64,000 nucleotides of DNA from Narcine bancroftii (GCF_036971445.1 NC_091472.1:220968001-221032000); one strand, 5' to 3'. Shown: positions 49,101 to 62,810, numbered from the stretch's first letter. The notes: a model not told the origin generated them from the sequence alone. Translations and numbers: made by a program.

Positions 49101-51922
49101 ATTATGAGGGGGGAAAGAGCTCATAAGGTAATTGAAAGTTGACAGACATCTCGGACTATTAATGTTGTTAAGAAGAATTCAAAAGTTACTTATAAACCTC
49201 AGGAAATTAATGACCACTTTTATTCATTTTATCTAAAATTATATACTTCTGAGGGGAAACAGGATAATGGTTCTATTGACTCTTACTTATCAAAATTAAT
49301 GTTACCGGTATTAGATGGAAATGATGTTCAGGAATTGGAATCTCCATTTACGGGTTTTGAAATTAAGGAAGCTATTCAGGAAATGCCTAATGGAAAGTCC
49401 CCAGGGGATTATGGATTCCCTGTGGAATTTTATAAACTTTTTTATGATGATTTTTCTAATGTATTTGGAGAAGTGTTGAATTAAGTTACTGAAGATCAGA
49501 AGTTACCAGAATCATGTTCAAGTGCTTTAATAACTGTCATTCCAAAAAAAAGATTGAGATCCATTAAAAGTGTCTTCATAAAGACCTATTTCTTTATTAA
49601 ATGTAGATTATAAAATTATAGTGAAAGTATTAGCTAATACCCAAATTGGTACATATTGATCAAACAGGTTTTATTAAGAATAGAAATGCTTCAGACAATA
49701 TATTTCGATTAATTACTTTGGTCAACACATATCAAAAGCTACCTAACCATCCTCTGGTGGTTGCATTAGATGCAGAAAAAGTTTTTGATAGGATTGAGTG
49801 GGATTTTTTATTTAAAATGTTAGAGAAATTTAAATTCAGCCCTTTTTTTATTGGTTGGGTTAAGGCTTTATATATGAACCTGATTGCTAGGGTGGAGACA
49901 AATGGACAGATTTCTTCACCATTTAAATTGACTCATGCAACTCAACAGGGCTCCCATTGTCACCAGCCTTATTTGCGTTGGTTTTTGAACTATTAGCTCA
50001 GGCTATTAGACAAATTGAAGAAATTAGAGGGATGAGGGTTAAGATTGAAGAATATAAAATTAACTTATTTGAGGATGATGTGTTGGTATTCTTGACAGAA
50101 CCGGAACAGTCGTTGAAACAACTGCAAGAGTGTTTGTTGAAATTTGGAGAATTATCGGGATATAAAGTTAATTGGGATAAAAGTGAAATTTTACCAGTTG
50201 GAGTGGGAGATTATTTTGAATTTAAAACTATTACAAAATTAAGGTGGACAAATAAAATTAAATATTTAGGTCTGTTTATGAAAACTAATTATCAGTCATT
50301 ATATCAATTAAATTATGTACCTATATTAAGACAGATTAAAGCAGATTTGATTAAGTGGAAAGATCTTCCATTAACTTTGATTGGTCAGGTTAATTGTATT
50401 AAAATGAATATTTTTCCTTGAATTCAATATTTATTTCAGTCAATACCTTGTTTACTTTCTAAGGGCTTTTTTCAAGATTTGAATAAAGCAGTGTGAAAGT
50501 TTTTATGGAAAGGTAAATCAGCTCGAGTGGCGTTGCATAGACTTACATGGAAGTATGCATTGGGCGGACTACAATTACCACATTTTCAAAACTATTATGA
50601 AGCGGCCCAGTTGAAGTTTGTTAGTAGATTGATGGATTTAGATCAGCCTCCTAGCTGGGCTAAAGTGGAGATGGCGTGTATTCCTTGGGTTGAGATACAT
50701 TAATTTATATTTTGTTGAAATTTGATTTTGTTACAGCAATATGGTATGCCGATATTGAAACATCTGTTAATGATTTGGATTTTAAAAAAACAGGATGTTA
50801 GAGTCAAAAGATAAATTATCAATTTTAACTCCATTGTATAATAATCAGCTTATTCCTTTTTCAAAGTTTAATAATCATTTAAAGATTTGGGATTCTAAAG
50901 GTATAAAGAAAATACAAGATTGTTTTGTAGAGGGGAAATTTCTTTCTTTTAATCAATTGAGAAAAAGATTTGATACAAATCTTTGATTGCGTATTATCGA
51001 CTTAGAACTTTGATAAAGGATAATTATGGTAGAGAGATAATTTTACCTACTCTGTTGAGATTTGAATCTTTGATTTCCTCTATACCGAAAAAGGGTTATA
51101 TTTCAATGATGTATAATTTGTTACAAGATAAGTCAGATTGGGAGAAATCTAAACTTAAATGGGAAGTGATTTAGTATTTATTTTTCCTGGTGATGATTGG
51201 GCGAATATGTGTCAGGACAATGTAATTAAATTGACTAATGTAACATATGGAATGGATAATTATAATTTTTTCATCAATTATATTTGACCCCGGAAAAGCT
51301 AAATAAAAATATGGGTTTAGTAATTCAGATTCTTGTTTTAGATGCGGCTCATGTATTGGAACTTTTCTACATGCTGTTTGGACTTGTCTTAAAGTTCAAT
51401 CATTTTGGCAAGGAATTAAAGTAGTTTTGGAAAAATTATATAATTTTATACTACCATTAGATCCAACGATTTTTTTGTTGGGAATTTTGTATTCGTTAAG
51501 GGGAATGGGATTGGACAAAATCCAAATTGCTTTTGTACGTTTGGTGTTATCAGTTGCATGTAAATGTGTTGCTAGTACTTGGAAAGATGATACTGAGATT
51601 AATATATCACATTGGCACAATGAATTGAAAGTATGTATTGTCATGGAAAAAATTACTTATAATTTACATGATCATTATTCTTCTTTTGTTAGTAACTGGT
51701 CTCCGTATTTGAAATATATGCATTTAGATATACTTTGAAATGTTATTAACATTTATAATATTTTCTTTTTATATATATAATCTATATTTTTTTTGCTCCC
51801 CTTAAGGGAGTTGGCTGAAGGGGTGGGAGGGTGGGGTGGGTGTTAATATAAAATCTTTTTTTAATTATTTCTATACTGTATGTTATGGTTTATTTCTATC
51901 TTATAAATAAAGTTTGGAAAAA
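46114..51922 (+). mobile_element. Full-length (5.8 kb) but inactivated L1-clade LINE with a TSD
   Basis: 15-bp TSD AAACCTAAAGATAGA at 46099-46113 and 51923-51937. ORF1 remnants (ENQSRRNNVKIVGLPE). ORF2 runs from the ATG at 48020 (NVQGLNNPIKR, LQETH, GGDFN, SRID, SDH, RT motifs) to 51738. AATAAA plus an A-tail. Confidence 0.95.
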
Positions 51923-51939
51923 AAACCTAAAGATAGAAA

Positions 51940-52570
51940 TAAACCTCTCTCTTAGATGTGGTGGAGTTTGGCGCAAGAGGGCAAGGCCACATGATGACAG
52001 CACACCTGATGCTAACTTGGAGGAAATGAATGACACAGATGAAACACCTGAAGAGGCCTACTTTGGAAAGTGTGTGTGTTACATTTGATAGACAATTTCA
52101 GAGCAGGATTAACTGTCTGCTTCAATGCTGTTAAGAAGTTAGCAGAAAAAATTTGATTTCTTGTGGAAATATCTCACCATGTGTGAAAGTGATGTGAAGA
52201 GAAAAGCTTTATCTTTATCAGAGCAATATCCTGCTGACCTTAATGCTGATAATTTTGGAAAAGAAATGCAACATTTACCCTCAGTACAAAAAGCACATTT
52301 TGTAAATGCAGTTAAAGCCATTAGGTCTGTTGAATTTCTTAACAGAGGGCAGACTTGGTGATCTGTTTCAAAATGTTTGCACTAGCTTCAGGATACTATT
52401 ACAATTCCAGCAACAATAGCTTCTGCAGAGAGGTCATTTAGCAAACTCAAGCTGATTAAGAATCATTTAAGGTCTACAATGTCTCAGGAACATCTTGTGG
52501 ATTAGGCCAGGCTAAGTATTGAATCAAACATTGCCAGAACAATTAATTTTCATGGTATAATTCAAAAGTC
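51940..52570 (+). mobile_element. hAT transposase remnant (C-terminal dimerisation domain), the host of the L1 insertion
   Basis: About 52404-52525 translates as IPATIASAERSFSKLKLIKNHLRSTMSQEHLVD*ARLSIE. Confidence 0.85.
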
Positions 52571-52599
52571 TATTGGGCTTTCCTGTTTATCACACTTTG

Positions 52600-53388
52600 T
52601 AACATGAGGGACCAATGGTCTTTTGCCTACTTTAAACTTTCAGCTACTTTATCAAAATGCTGAAAGTATTTGTCAATCTCTGTCTCATCAAATGGAGGGA
52701 CTAACCTCACCTCCCTACTGGTAATAAACCTCTTGCTAGTTCCAGAAGGTGTACCTCCTTCACTCCTCTTCTTTCTTTCACACTCTAACTCAAACTGCCT
52801 TTGCCTCTTGTCTTCCTCCCCCTAAAATCTTCTTTGCCTCTCTGTATTTCTAGGTTTCTCTCTCTCTCAAATTCCAGTTGAAGTTTTTCCAACTCAATTT
52901 GTTCTACTGGTGACAGCTACTCATGGGTATTTTACCTCCTCCTCTCCAAACTTCCCTTTTATTACATAATAGTCACCTATAACTTTCTGGATCTCTGCCT
53001 TTTTCATCAATTGCTTTGCCAAGTTCCAACTTTTGTGCAATAGTCAATAACTCACTCTCTTTTGCCCTGGAAATCTACAAAGGTGGGTGATCCCACAACT
53101 TTTCAATGTCCATCGCTGCTGTTGTTCCACTCACAAACCTTTTAATTGGGTAAAAAAACTCTAATCAATCAAATTGAAAATTAACTGATCACTAAGCTCC
53201 CAATTTGGTGTGATCCCGGACAAGCCCCCAATTCTGTTACAAACTCAGACAGCAGCAATAGAAATTCTCCAAGTCAGTGTTATATTTAAAATAATATTTT
53301 TATTATTAATCACTAATAATATAACAACTTATCTAACTTATCTAAACTTAACCCCCAATGATGCGTGAATATATGTATGTGGGCATGG

Positions 53389-53468
<80 letters not shown>

Positions 53469-54150
53469 CCTACCCCAAGCCATTACAGCCTAGGCCCAAT
53501 TCTGGAATGTCAGTTCAAAGTTCAGTCTCAGAAATCCCGGGTTGACAAGTAGGCTTCAAATCGATGAAACAAAGTGGCCACAGAGTAGGTGGAAGAGACA
53601 GGGTGACAGACTGTTGTAAACTCACAAAATCCTTGTCGAGTGCTTCGAGAAAATGTCCTTTTAGAGAAGTGGTAGTCAAAACTCCCCTTTTCTTTACATA
53701 GTGGAAACAAAGCGAATGGCTTTCACAAAGCGAATGGCTTTCACAAAGCTTCCAGAACCTTTTTGTGGATCAGCCAAAATGACCATCACAATGGTCACAG
53801 TGTTGTACACTAATTCTCCTTACAGGGAGAAAACAAACAAATTGTCCATACTACAAGAGGCCACTTCAGCAAAGTATTCCTCCAAAGAGCTGCTGCTCCA
53901 ATGTTGCTTCTTCCTTAAAAATGGCCCCTGATCAAACAATGTACTGCTGCTTTAATATTCTGGTCACATGACTCTTCACCTGTGTTCCTGGAACACTTTC
54001 TCTCTCTTCAGAAGTAGCAAAATGAGTACATGCTGTTCCAGTCTGCTGTCATCCACAGTCCTCTCCAAGCTTGCTGGGCTTGCAGGTTGATTTGTTAGCT
54101 CGTAAGAGACAGTGCCACTAAAATAGAAGTGAAAATGGGAGCATGTAATA
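52600..54150 (-). mobile_element. LTR retroelement 5' end: LTR 53235-54150, tRNA-Pro PBS 53213-53230, gag remnant
   Basis: The - strand TGGGGGCTTGTCCGGGAT lies just inside the LTR end and has one mismatch to the tRNA-Pro PBS TGGGGGCTCGTCCGGGAT. The LTR carries a (TG)n run. Confidence 0.8.
53393..53467. repeat. (TG)n microsatellite
   Basis: Perfect TG run of about 75 bp. Confidence 0.97.
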
Positions 54151-54180
54151 TTTTTCTTGTACGACACACAGCCATGGGTG

Positions 54181-54390
54181 TGATGGCGACTAGCATCAAA
54201 TCACAAAAAACAGTTAGTTTTAATTAAAAGGTTAGTTTTAATAGGCTAATATATACAGCTAGGTCTTGAGGTCTTGCCTCTGTGCAAGCCTAGGCCAGAA
54301 TGAGGGGGGATGGATCTCCACCAGTTTATATATGCAAGGTCACCAGGTGAGCCACCTGGTGACCTAGTGATGTAATAACATACTACCACA
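54181..54390. mobile_element. Small solo LTR
   Basis: TG...CA ends flanked by GGGTG at 54176-54180 and 54391-54395. The left boundary is ambiguous by 2 bp. Confidence 0.5.
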
Positions 54391-55379
54391 GGGTGGATAC
54401 AAGGTTGCTGACCTTGTATGACACACAGCCACTCTTGGTGCTCAACTAGCAACAGTGTTGACAAACTATGATCTGTTATCAAATTGACAATCATAACTTT
54501 CTGCTAAGCTCAATGAAAGCAAATGTCACATCCTCAGATCAAAGCTGATGAAGGCATTCTGTCTCAATTTGCCTTTGACAAATTTATAGAGAACACAAAA
54601 GTAATACAAACACTCAGCTAAGATGTTAAAGCAGTTGGAAAGAGACACCTGGACATCATATAATTTTTTGATTTTGTGAAGGATATAGGTAAAGTAATAT
54701 CAATGCATAAACTGAAATTCTATTTCAAGAGCTTAGAAGAAAGTGGGTGAGGAAGTATGATTTGATCAAACTATTCAGAGAAGCTAGTGCAATCCATTTT
54801 TATTAGATGTTGTTTATAGAACATAGAACGTTACAGCCAGTACAGGCCCAACATGTTGTGCCGACCTACGGAAACCTACTCTACAACAAACTAATTTTTT
54901 GTACCTCATACCCAAAACCTTCTATTTCTCTTACATCCATGTGCCTAAGAGTCTTTTGAATGTTTCTATTGTACCACCCTCCACAAGACCCCCAAGCAAT
55001 GCTTTGCAATGGATCAGACTGTTGGGAATGCGAGTTGTACCAATAACGTCACCTATGGGATGGTGGGGGGAACAAGTTCACATGGTTTCCAGGCTATTTT
55101 TAACATAAAATAAATCCTTGGCCACTATCTCAGTTTTAATTCTCTTCAATCTCAATTCAGGTGTGCCAGATTGCTAAAACCCTCCTTGAACCGTGCAGTA
55201 TTTACAGGAGCTAAAGCACTGACTGCAGCATTTAGAGATCACCAGTCTCTGTGTATATGCAATATGGCAGAATTTGATTCCCCCTATGTTTTCTCAAGAG
55301 TCTGTGTATTTTAAATGAACTAAGAATGAAGTTAAATAGTGAGAAATTGGTTCTGCAGTAAACTCTAATCCTAAAAAAA

Positions 55380-55830
55380 AGAAACTCAGCAAGTCAAACA
55401 GTGTACTTTGTGCAGCAGAAATAGAGATACATGGGCAATGTTTCGGGTTTGAGCTCTTCATCAAGTAGGTAGGCGTCTGAATAAAATTACATCAATGAAG
55501 AGGGATGGCTCTGTGAATCAACTTCTTTAGTTTCTGCTGGCCTACTCCCCATTCTCCCTCTCGTCTCCATCCCTCTGTCTTCTTTCCTCAGAACCATTCC
55601 CCCACCCTTTTTTGCTGCTGTGCCCTCCCTCCTTTACCTCCTGCCTGTAGGCCTGTGTTCCTCCCTCTGCCCCTCTCCCAGCATTTTATTCCAGCACCCG
55701 CCTACATTTTGTTTGTACCTTGTTGAAGGGCTCAAGCCCAAAACGTTGGTTATGTATTTTTACCTTTACTATATAAAGGACACTCTTTGACTGTTGAGTT
55801 TCATCAGCTTTATGTGTTTTTATGTTAAAA
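55380..55830 (+). mobile_element. Penelope-like pseudo-LTR remnant with an inverted segment
   Basis: Similar to 16250-17070 (TGAAGGGCTCAAGCCCAAAACGTTGGTTATG and its inverted counterpart). Confidence 0.6.
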
Positions 55831-56419
55831 CAGTTTTACTCTGTTTTTTCTTCACTTAAGGGTGCTGCATTTATTGGGTGAACATTTGGAATATCTCTCT
55901 ACCAGCTGCTTACAGACCTTCCAAAAGTTAAGGATCCCCCTCAATCCAAGTGACTTTCACTTACTGTTCCTCCTTAATCCCCCCACCACCCAGGGAGTTG
56001 GTTCAAGCTGTTTGCCAATGAAGCACAAAGTGGCAATGATTACAACTGAATTTGACAAAAAAAAATAAAGATTACAGTATTTAAGCAGTTTTACAATCCA
56101 CCATTCCAAATTCTGACTCCAATGGCATGTGGGTGGAACCTTCGGCCACATTGTCCAAAGCCTTTTGCCTGATGAGTTCACTCCCCAGGTTATCCTGCCC
56201 CTTCTCAATTATCTCCAAAATATTGAAACTGCAATAATGAAAGCCAGTTGTTGATCTGTTCAGGTATCCATATCACGGCGGAGCTGGGACCAAGAATATT
56301 CCCAATCACACATAAAAACACACCCATAGCCTACACACAGCCCCTAATATACAACCACCCACACCTCACACCCTCTACACACACCCCTCTCCCCTCCCCC
56401 CACACACATATGCATGGAT

Positions 56420-59200
56420 TTTGTTTTAAAAACTTTATTTGTATTTTTTCAGTAAGAATAAACAGACTTTTACAGAATAAGTAATCTAATAATAAAACAT
56501 TAAAACAAACCCACCCCTCCCCTCCCACAACAGATTCCTCAAGGGAAGCATTAAAAATAAACAAAAACATTCAGTAATTTACAATATTGCTAAATTCATA
56601 TTCTTCATATACGGTGTCCACATCTTAACACAAAAATCATAATTATTATGTAAATTATATGTTATTTTCTCCATATAGATACACAACTTCAACTCATTAT
56701 ACCATCAAACTACATTTAACTCTGCTTTATCTTTCCAGGACATAGCAATACATTTACGAGCAACTGTCAATGCTACACAAATAAACACTGTCTGAAACTT
56801 ATCCAATCCCAAGTCCACTAATGGAGTAAAATAACCAAAGAAAAACATTTTTGGATCTAAAGGAAATTGAATTTTAAACAAAGTTTGAAGAAACTTCCTA
56901 ATTAAACCAGAAAGGATGAACTTTATCACAAAACCAAACAGAAGGTAGAAATGTTCCAACACATAATCCACACCTCAAACACAGATCTGAATTACTAAAT
57001 CCATATTTTTTCAAGGGTTAAATATAACTGATTCAAAAAAATTAGAATTAACCATACTATATCTTACATTAATTAATTTAGTCTACCCATCATAACACAT
57101 ATTTTCCCAATCCACCTGACTAATCTCACAATTTAAATCATGCTCCCATTTAATCCTAGATGTATCTAATTTTTTTAACCATAGTATCTTGTAATAATGC
57201 AACATTTCTGATATAAAACCTTTATCTGAAAAATATGAAACCATAGATTCAAATTTAGTTAACTTAGAAATTTTCATTTATTTTCCAAAATTATCTTTCA
57301 CTAATGCCCTAATTTGATAATAAACAAACAGAAAATTCTCTAAATTCCCAAATTTCTCTTTAAGCTGATTAAATGATAAAAATTCACCTTCTTCAAAACA
57401 ATCCTGCAATCTTTTTATTCCTTTGATTCACCAATCTTCTAAAACTCTATTATTCAATGAAATATTGGGGTTTGAACTGATAAAATACCTTTTGATCCTA
57501 TTAATACATTCCTTTTAGTCCATATTTCTAATAAATGTTTCAAAATTGGTACATTATATTTCTGTAGTAAGACAGTATTCCATTTAAATACAAACTGATG
57601 GGGACAAGGTTCCAATATCACAGCCAATTCCACCCTAGCACAACGAGGAGGGTTCAAAATATCTAACATACAATTAATAAATCTTTATTGAGCTGCTTCA
57701 TAATAATTTAAAAACATTCTTTTGGCTTGGCTTCGCGGACGAAGATTTATGGAGGGGGTAAAAAGTCCACGTCAGCTGCAGGCTCGTTTGTGGCTGACCA
57801 GTCCGATGCGGGACAGGCAGACACGATTGCAGCGGTTGCAAGGGAAAATTGGTTGGTTGGGGTTGGGTGTTGGGTTTTTCCTCCTTTGCCTTTTGTCAGT
57901 GAGGTGGGCTCTGCGGTCTTCTTCAAAGGAGGCTGCTGCCCGCCAAACTGTGAGGCGCCAAGATGCACGGTTTGAGGCGTTATCAGCCCACTGGCGGTGG
58001 TCAATGTGGCAGGCACCAAGAGATTTCTTTAGGCAGTCCTTGTACCTTTTCTTTGGTGCACCTCTGTCACGGTGGCCAGTGGAGAGCTCGCCATATAATA
58101 CGATCTTGGGAAGGCGATGGTCCTCCATTCTGGAGACGTGACCCATCCAGCGCAGCTGGATCTTCAGCAGCGTGGACTCGATGCTGTCGACCTCTGCCAT
58201 CTCGAGTACCTCGACGTTAGGGGTGTGAGCGCTCCAATGGATGTTGAGGATGGAGCGGAGACAACGCTGGTGGAAGCGTTCTAGGAGCCGTAGGTGGTGC
58301 CGGTAGAGGACCCATGATTCGGAGCCGAACAGGAGTGTGGGTATGACAACGGCTCTGTATACGCTTATCTTTGTGAGGTTTTTCAGTTGGTTGTTTTTCC
58401 AGACTCTTTTGTGTAGTCTTCCAAAGGCGCTATTTGCCTTGGCGAGTCTGTTGTCTATCTCATTGTCGATCCTTGCATCTGATGAAATGGTGCAGCCGAG
58501 ATAGGTAAACTGGTTGACCGTTTTGAGTTTTGTGTGCCCGATGGAGATGTGGGGGGGCTGGTAGTCATGGTGGGGAGCTGGCTGATGGAGGACCTCAGTT
58601 TTCTTCAGGCTGACTTCCAGGCCAAACATTTTGGCAGTTTCCGCAAAGCAGGGCATCAAGCGCTGAAGAGCTGGCTCTGAATGGGCAACTAAAGCGGCAT
58701 CATCTGCAAAGAGTAGTTCACGGACAAGTTTCTCTTGTGTCTTGGTGTGAGCTTGCAGGCGCCTCAGATTGAAGAGACTGCCATCCGTGCGGTACCGGAT
58801 GTAAACAGCGTCTTCATTGTTGGGGTCTTTCATGGCTTGGTTCAGCATCATGCTGAAGAAGATTGAAAAGAGGGTTGGTGCGAGAACACAGCCTTGCTTC
58901 ACGCCATTGTTAATGGAGAAGGGTTCAGAGAGCTCATTGCTGTATCTGACCCGACCTTTATTGCAAACCTCCCAAAGCATACTGCCAGGTCAATTTATGC
59001 ATAGCTACTCTTGCTAATTTTCCTTTCCATAAAATTTCTCAAACTACTTTATTTAAATCTTTAAAAAAGGATTTTGGAAGAGAACAAGGAATCGATTGAA
59101 ACAAATATTGAATTCGTGGAAAAATATTAATCTTTATACAATTTACTCGACCTATTAAAGTTAAAGGTAAATCTTTCAATTTAATCAAATCAGCTTTAAT
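56420..59200 (-). mobile_element. L1-clade LINE 3' part, decayed, interrupted by an RTE
   Basis: ARKCIAMSWKD and similar C-terminal ORF2 remnants matching the L1 at 46114-51922. The L1 sequence resumes after 58957. Confidence 0.85.
57719..58957 (-). mobile_element. RTE-clade LINE, 5'-truncated, with an uninterrupted RT C-terminal reading frame (AviRTE-like)
   Basis: ORF 57772-58980 has GVKQGCVLAPTLF, LLFADD, FTYLG, QLRWMGHVSRM and a terminal C2H2 CNRC...HKRAC. It has no stops, is rich in GC and CpG, and has a (GCCAA)n-like tail. Confidence 0.95.
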
Positions 59201-60237
59201 CTTAAAAAAAGGACACATATGGATGTACTGTCTCTAGATTCTCCATCTTCAACATCTCACCAGACAACCCTGAGCTTGGACCTGCTACATGAATGCTGTG
59301 TCTACAAGAGCAGGTCAGATGCTGGGCATCCCCAGCTCCTGACCTAACCAAGGCATTTACATCATCCATGAAGGTTGAGTTAGGGGTGTGATGGAGCACT
59401 CCCCACCTTCCCAGACAACCGCATCTCTGGCTCAGACATAGGACCAAACTATTTTCTCATTGACATCCCATCCTACACTCCACTCACCATAGCTGTCACA
59501 TGGCCAGACTGTATCCACAATGTGATGCACTAACATGCCACTTCTCCTCTGAGTGGGACTCCCCTGTGCCCTCTGTCATCCCAAAGATGGGGACTCCTCT
59601 GCTGGCAGGTTCTCCTTCCACCCTCTAATCTTCTCACTGAGAAATAGATTGTCATTGCTTCATCTTTATTGTGCTGGAAAGAGGGAGTTTCTGAATCAGG
59701 GCTCAGCAATAGAAGACAAAAAAGGAACTTATTTCTTCAAGAGTTGTGAACATTTGTCATTCTCTGCCCAGACATTATGGAAACCAATTCAATGAATATT
59801 AATAAACAAGAAAGTCTGCTGATCCGTGGTCAAGTAAAATACACAAACATCCAATGTACATAACTAAGATGGATTTTTGAACTGTTGGGAAATCAAGGAG
59901 TTCTGGAGCACAGACAGAAAATGCAGCTGAGGCTGAGATTAGATCAAGCTTGATTGCAGTGAAGGGCCACACAGCCTACTCCTCCTCCTCCCCCCCTTAA
60001 GCCAAAAGCTGACAAGAGTCATAGAGCTCTTGGGATAAACAATGGTCCTTGGAACTTGGTTTCTTTGCTGCACTTTCATTCTTGGTTTTCTGCAAGCCAA
60101 CCATGTGGCAAAGGTGTCATCATTTGCCTCCTGGGGAGTGAGGGAATGAGGGAAGTGAGGGAATCAATGAGTGCATTGCAGGATACTGTGGAATGTACCA
60201 ACATCTCCTCACCAAATGCAGCATCCATATCTGTGTG

Positions 60238-60475
60238 GGTGGCACAGTTGGCGCAGCAGTTAACACAGTGACTGTACAGCACCAGCAATCAGAGCTAGGG
60301 TTTGAATCCCACACTGTCTGTAAGGAGTTGGTACTTACTCCCCATGTCTGCATGTGTTTTACCTAGAGGCTCTGGTTTCCTCTCTCCATTCAAAATGTAC
60401 CGGGGTTGTAGCTCATGGTCCAAATGGCCTGTTACCGTGCTGTATGTCTAAATTTTTTTTTCAGTAGATTTAAAT
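60238..60475 (+). mobile_element. tRNA-derived SINE (V-SINE/HE1-like)
   Basis: Same family as 18878-19135. Confidence 0.75.
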
Positions 60476-61464
60476 GTAACAAGCCTGAAAGGTTGGTTCT
60501 GTATCTTTGCCTTTGCTCCATAAAGGACACTGAGCTGCCGAGTTTCTCCAGCATTTTGTGTTTTTACATTCAGACCAGGAGCTATCTATGCCACAGAAGT
60601 ACCAGGTAATAACCCCCTTTAGCAACAAAGTTTGACATTTTTCATCATCTAAGATATCAACAGATTGCTTTTCATACACAATGAGATATAAAATTAATCA
60701 AAATTTCCAAAATTAACCATAAACTGTGACCAGATGAATAGACAGATACACTTTAAAGGTTAAATTGTTCATTTCCATTGAAATGACAGTCATCACCAAG
60801 AGCTCATGGGCTCCTTTACACAGTCATTGATCTGCATGTTAAAAATACTGAGACTGAATTACTGGTAATGCTTGGGCCTGGCAATAGACTCTCTGAAATC
60901 CAAACATTGGAGAGCAAAGAACAGGCCCTTCAGCCTACCATATCCATTCTCACCCTGTTGACATGGGTGGTGAAACATTCACGCTCTCATCCCAGGAGGT
61001 GACAGAGTTCAGGCCAGACATATGCCTTCTCGGTCACTACCTGAACCTGGAGTAACAATTTTCAGCAAGAGCATTCCTTGTAGAAAGTTCGCTAGCCTTC
61101 CTATTCCTCCTGGAATTGGAGCCTGGAACCAAAGGGAACTCCCAGCAAAGTGCAAAGGAAGAGCTGCGTCACTTTACTGGCTACTCACAGGACACAGGCT
61201 CCTCCAATGAGCAGAAATAGCGGGCAGCCTTGGTGCACCATGGACCCATTGCAAAGCACTTGGCACTGCTCTGCCTGGCAGTCCATGGCAGGTGTCCAAT
61301 GCATGGGGAAGATTTGGCTGAGACCTCTCTTCCACCAACGTGGAACACAGAGCATATGAGACAGGGGTGGGAGGAGGTGGGGGTCAACAGTTCATGCAGG
61401 ATTAGAAAGGGTGAGAGGTTAGGACCTCCTCTACTTCTGAGCTGCCAACACCCAAGAGTTCTGC

Positions 61465-61660
61465 ATCAACACCATTAGCGTAGCAGTTAGTGCAATGTAT
61501 AACAGCGCTAGTGACCTGGATTTGAATCCCACACTGTCTATAAGGAGTTTGCACATCCTCCCTGTGTCTGCATGGGTTTCCTCCGAGGCGGCATGGGCTC
61601 ATGGACTGGAAGGGCCTATTACCATGTTATATGTCTATATTTTGTTTTAAACTTAAAATT
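61465..61660 (+). mobile_element. tRNA-derived SINE, decayed
   Basis: Same family core GGATTTGAATCCCACACTGTCT. Confidence 0.65.
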
Positions 61661-61719
61661 TATTGAAAATAAATCCTGATCCATGCAGTGGGATCTCTCC
61701 AGATGCAGCCTATATACTT

Positions 61720-62810
61720 CATGGCACAATTAGCAAGTCTGCAGATGAGACCAAATTGGTGGTGTAATGGTCAGTGAAGAAGGTTGTCAGAGAATTCAAC
61801 AGAATCCAGATCAAATGGGCAAGTGTCCCAGGGAATGGCTGACTCAGACAAGTATGAAGTGATGCATCCTGGGAAGTTAATCCAGACCAGAAAATGCACC
61901 GTGAATGGAGTGGCCCTGGGTCTATTATGGATAAGAAAGGTCGTGGAATACAAGTACACAGTTCCCTGAAGGCGGTGACACCTGTTGACAGAGCGTGAAG
62001 AAGGTGGATGCGATGCTTGCCTTCATTGGATGAGACAGATAGAATCACAGCTGGGACGTCACCTTTCAATTGTACAAATTGTTGGTTCAACCGTACTTGG
62101 GGCATTGTGTGCATTTCTGGTGGGGAAGGATGTTGGGCGACACATTGGCGTGGAGCTTGGCTCAATGTCTTTACAGTGTTAGCGATCAGGACTGGGATTT
62201 GAATCCCACACTGTCTGTGAGAAGTTTGAACATTCTCCCCGCATCTGCATGGGTTTTCTCCAGGGGCTCTGGTTTCCTCCCACCATTCAAAACTTATCAG
62301 GGGTGTAGGTTAATGGGGTGTAACTTAGGCAGCACAGACTCTTGGGTTGAAATGGCCTGTTACCGTGCTGTATGTCAAAATTTTTAAAAGTTAATTAACA
62401 ATTTAAATGTAATTTAAATTTTAAAAATGTAGACAGAGTACGGGAAAGTTTTCACAGGAGTGTTGCCTGGTCTGAGGGCATGAGTTATGAGGAGAGATTG
62501 GACAAATGCTGGGAGTATTGTCCTTGGAACAAAGGGTGATCTTGTGGATGTTGATAAGATTACTTGGGGCATCAATTGGGTGGATAGTTATGGTTGATCT
62601 TCTCAGGTACAGGAGTTGAAACTTGGAGGGCATAATTGGGAGGTGAGAGGGGAAAAGGTTCAAAGAGTATTTGAGAGATAGTGTGTGGAACCAGCTGCCA
62701 GATGAAATGGACAGGAGCGTAGACCAAAAATAAGCAAGATGGGCCTAGTGTTTTGCTTCAATTGGGTGTTGGGCCAATGGACCTGTTTCCATGCTGTGTT
62801 ACTCTGTGAA
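61720..62810 (+). mobile_element. CR1 3' fragment with a SINE inserted at about 62135-62420
   Basis: ISKSADETKL and LYKLLVQPYLGHCVHFW remnants. The SINE head, core and (AAATTT)n tail sit in the middle. Confidence 0.7.
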
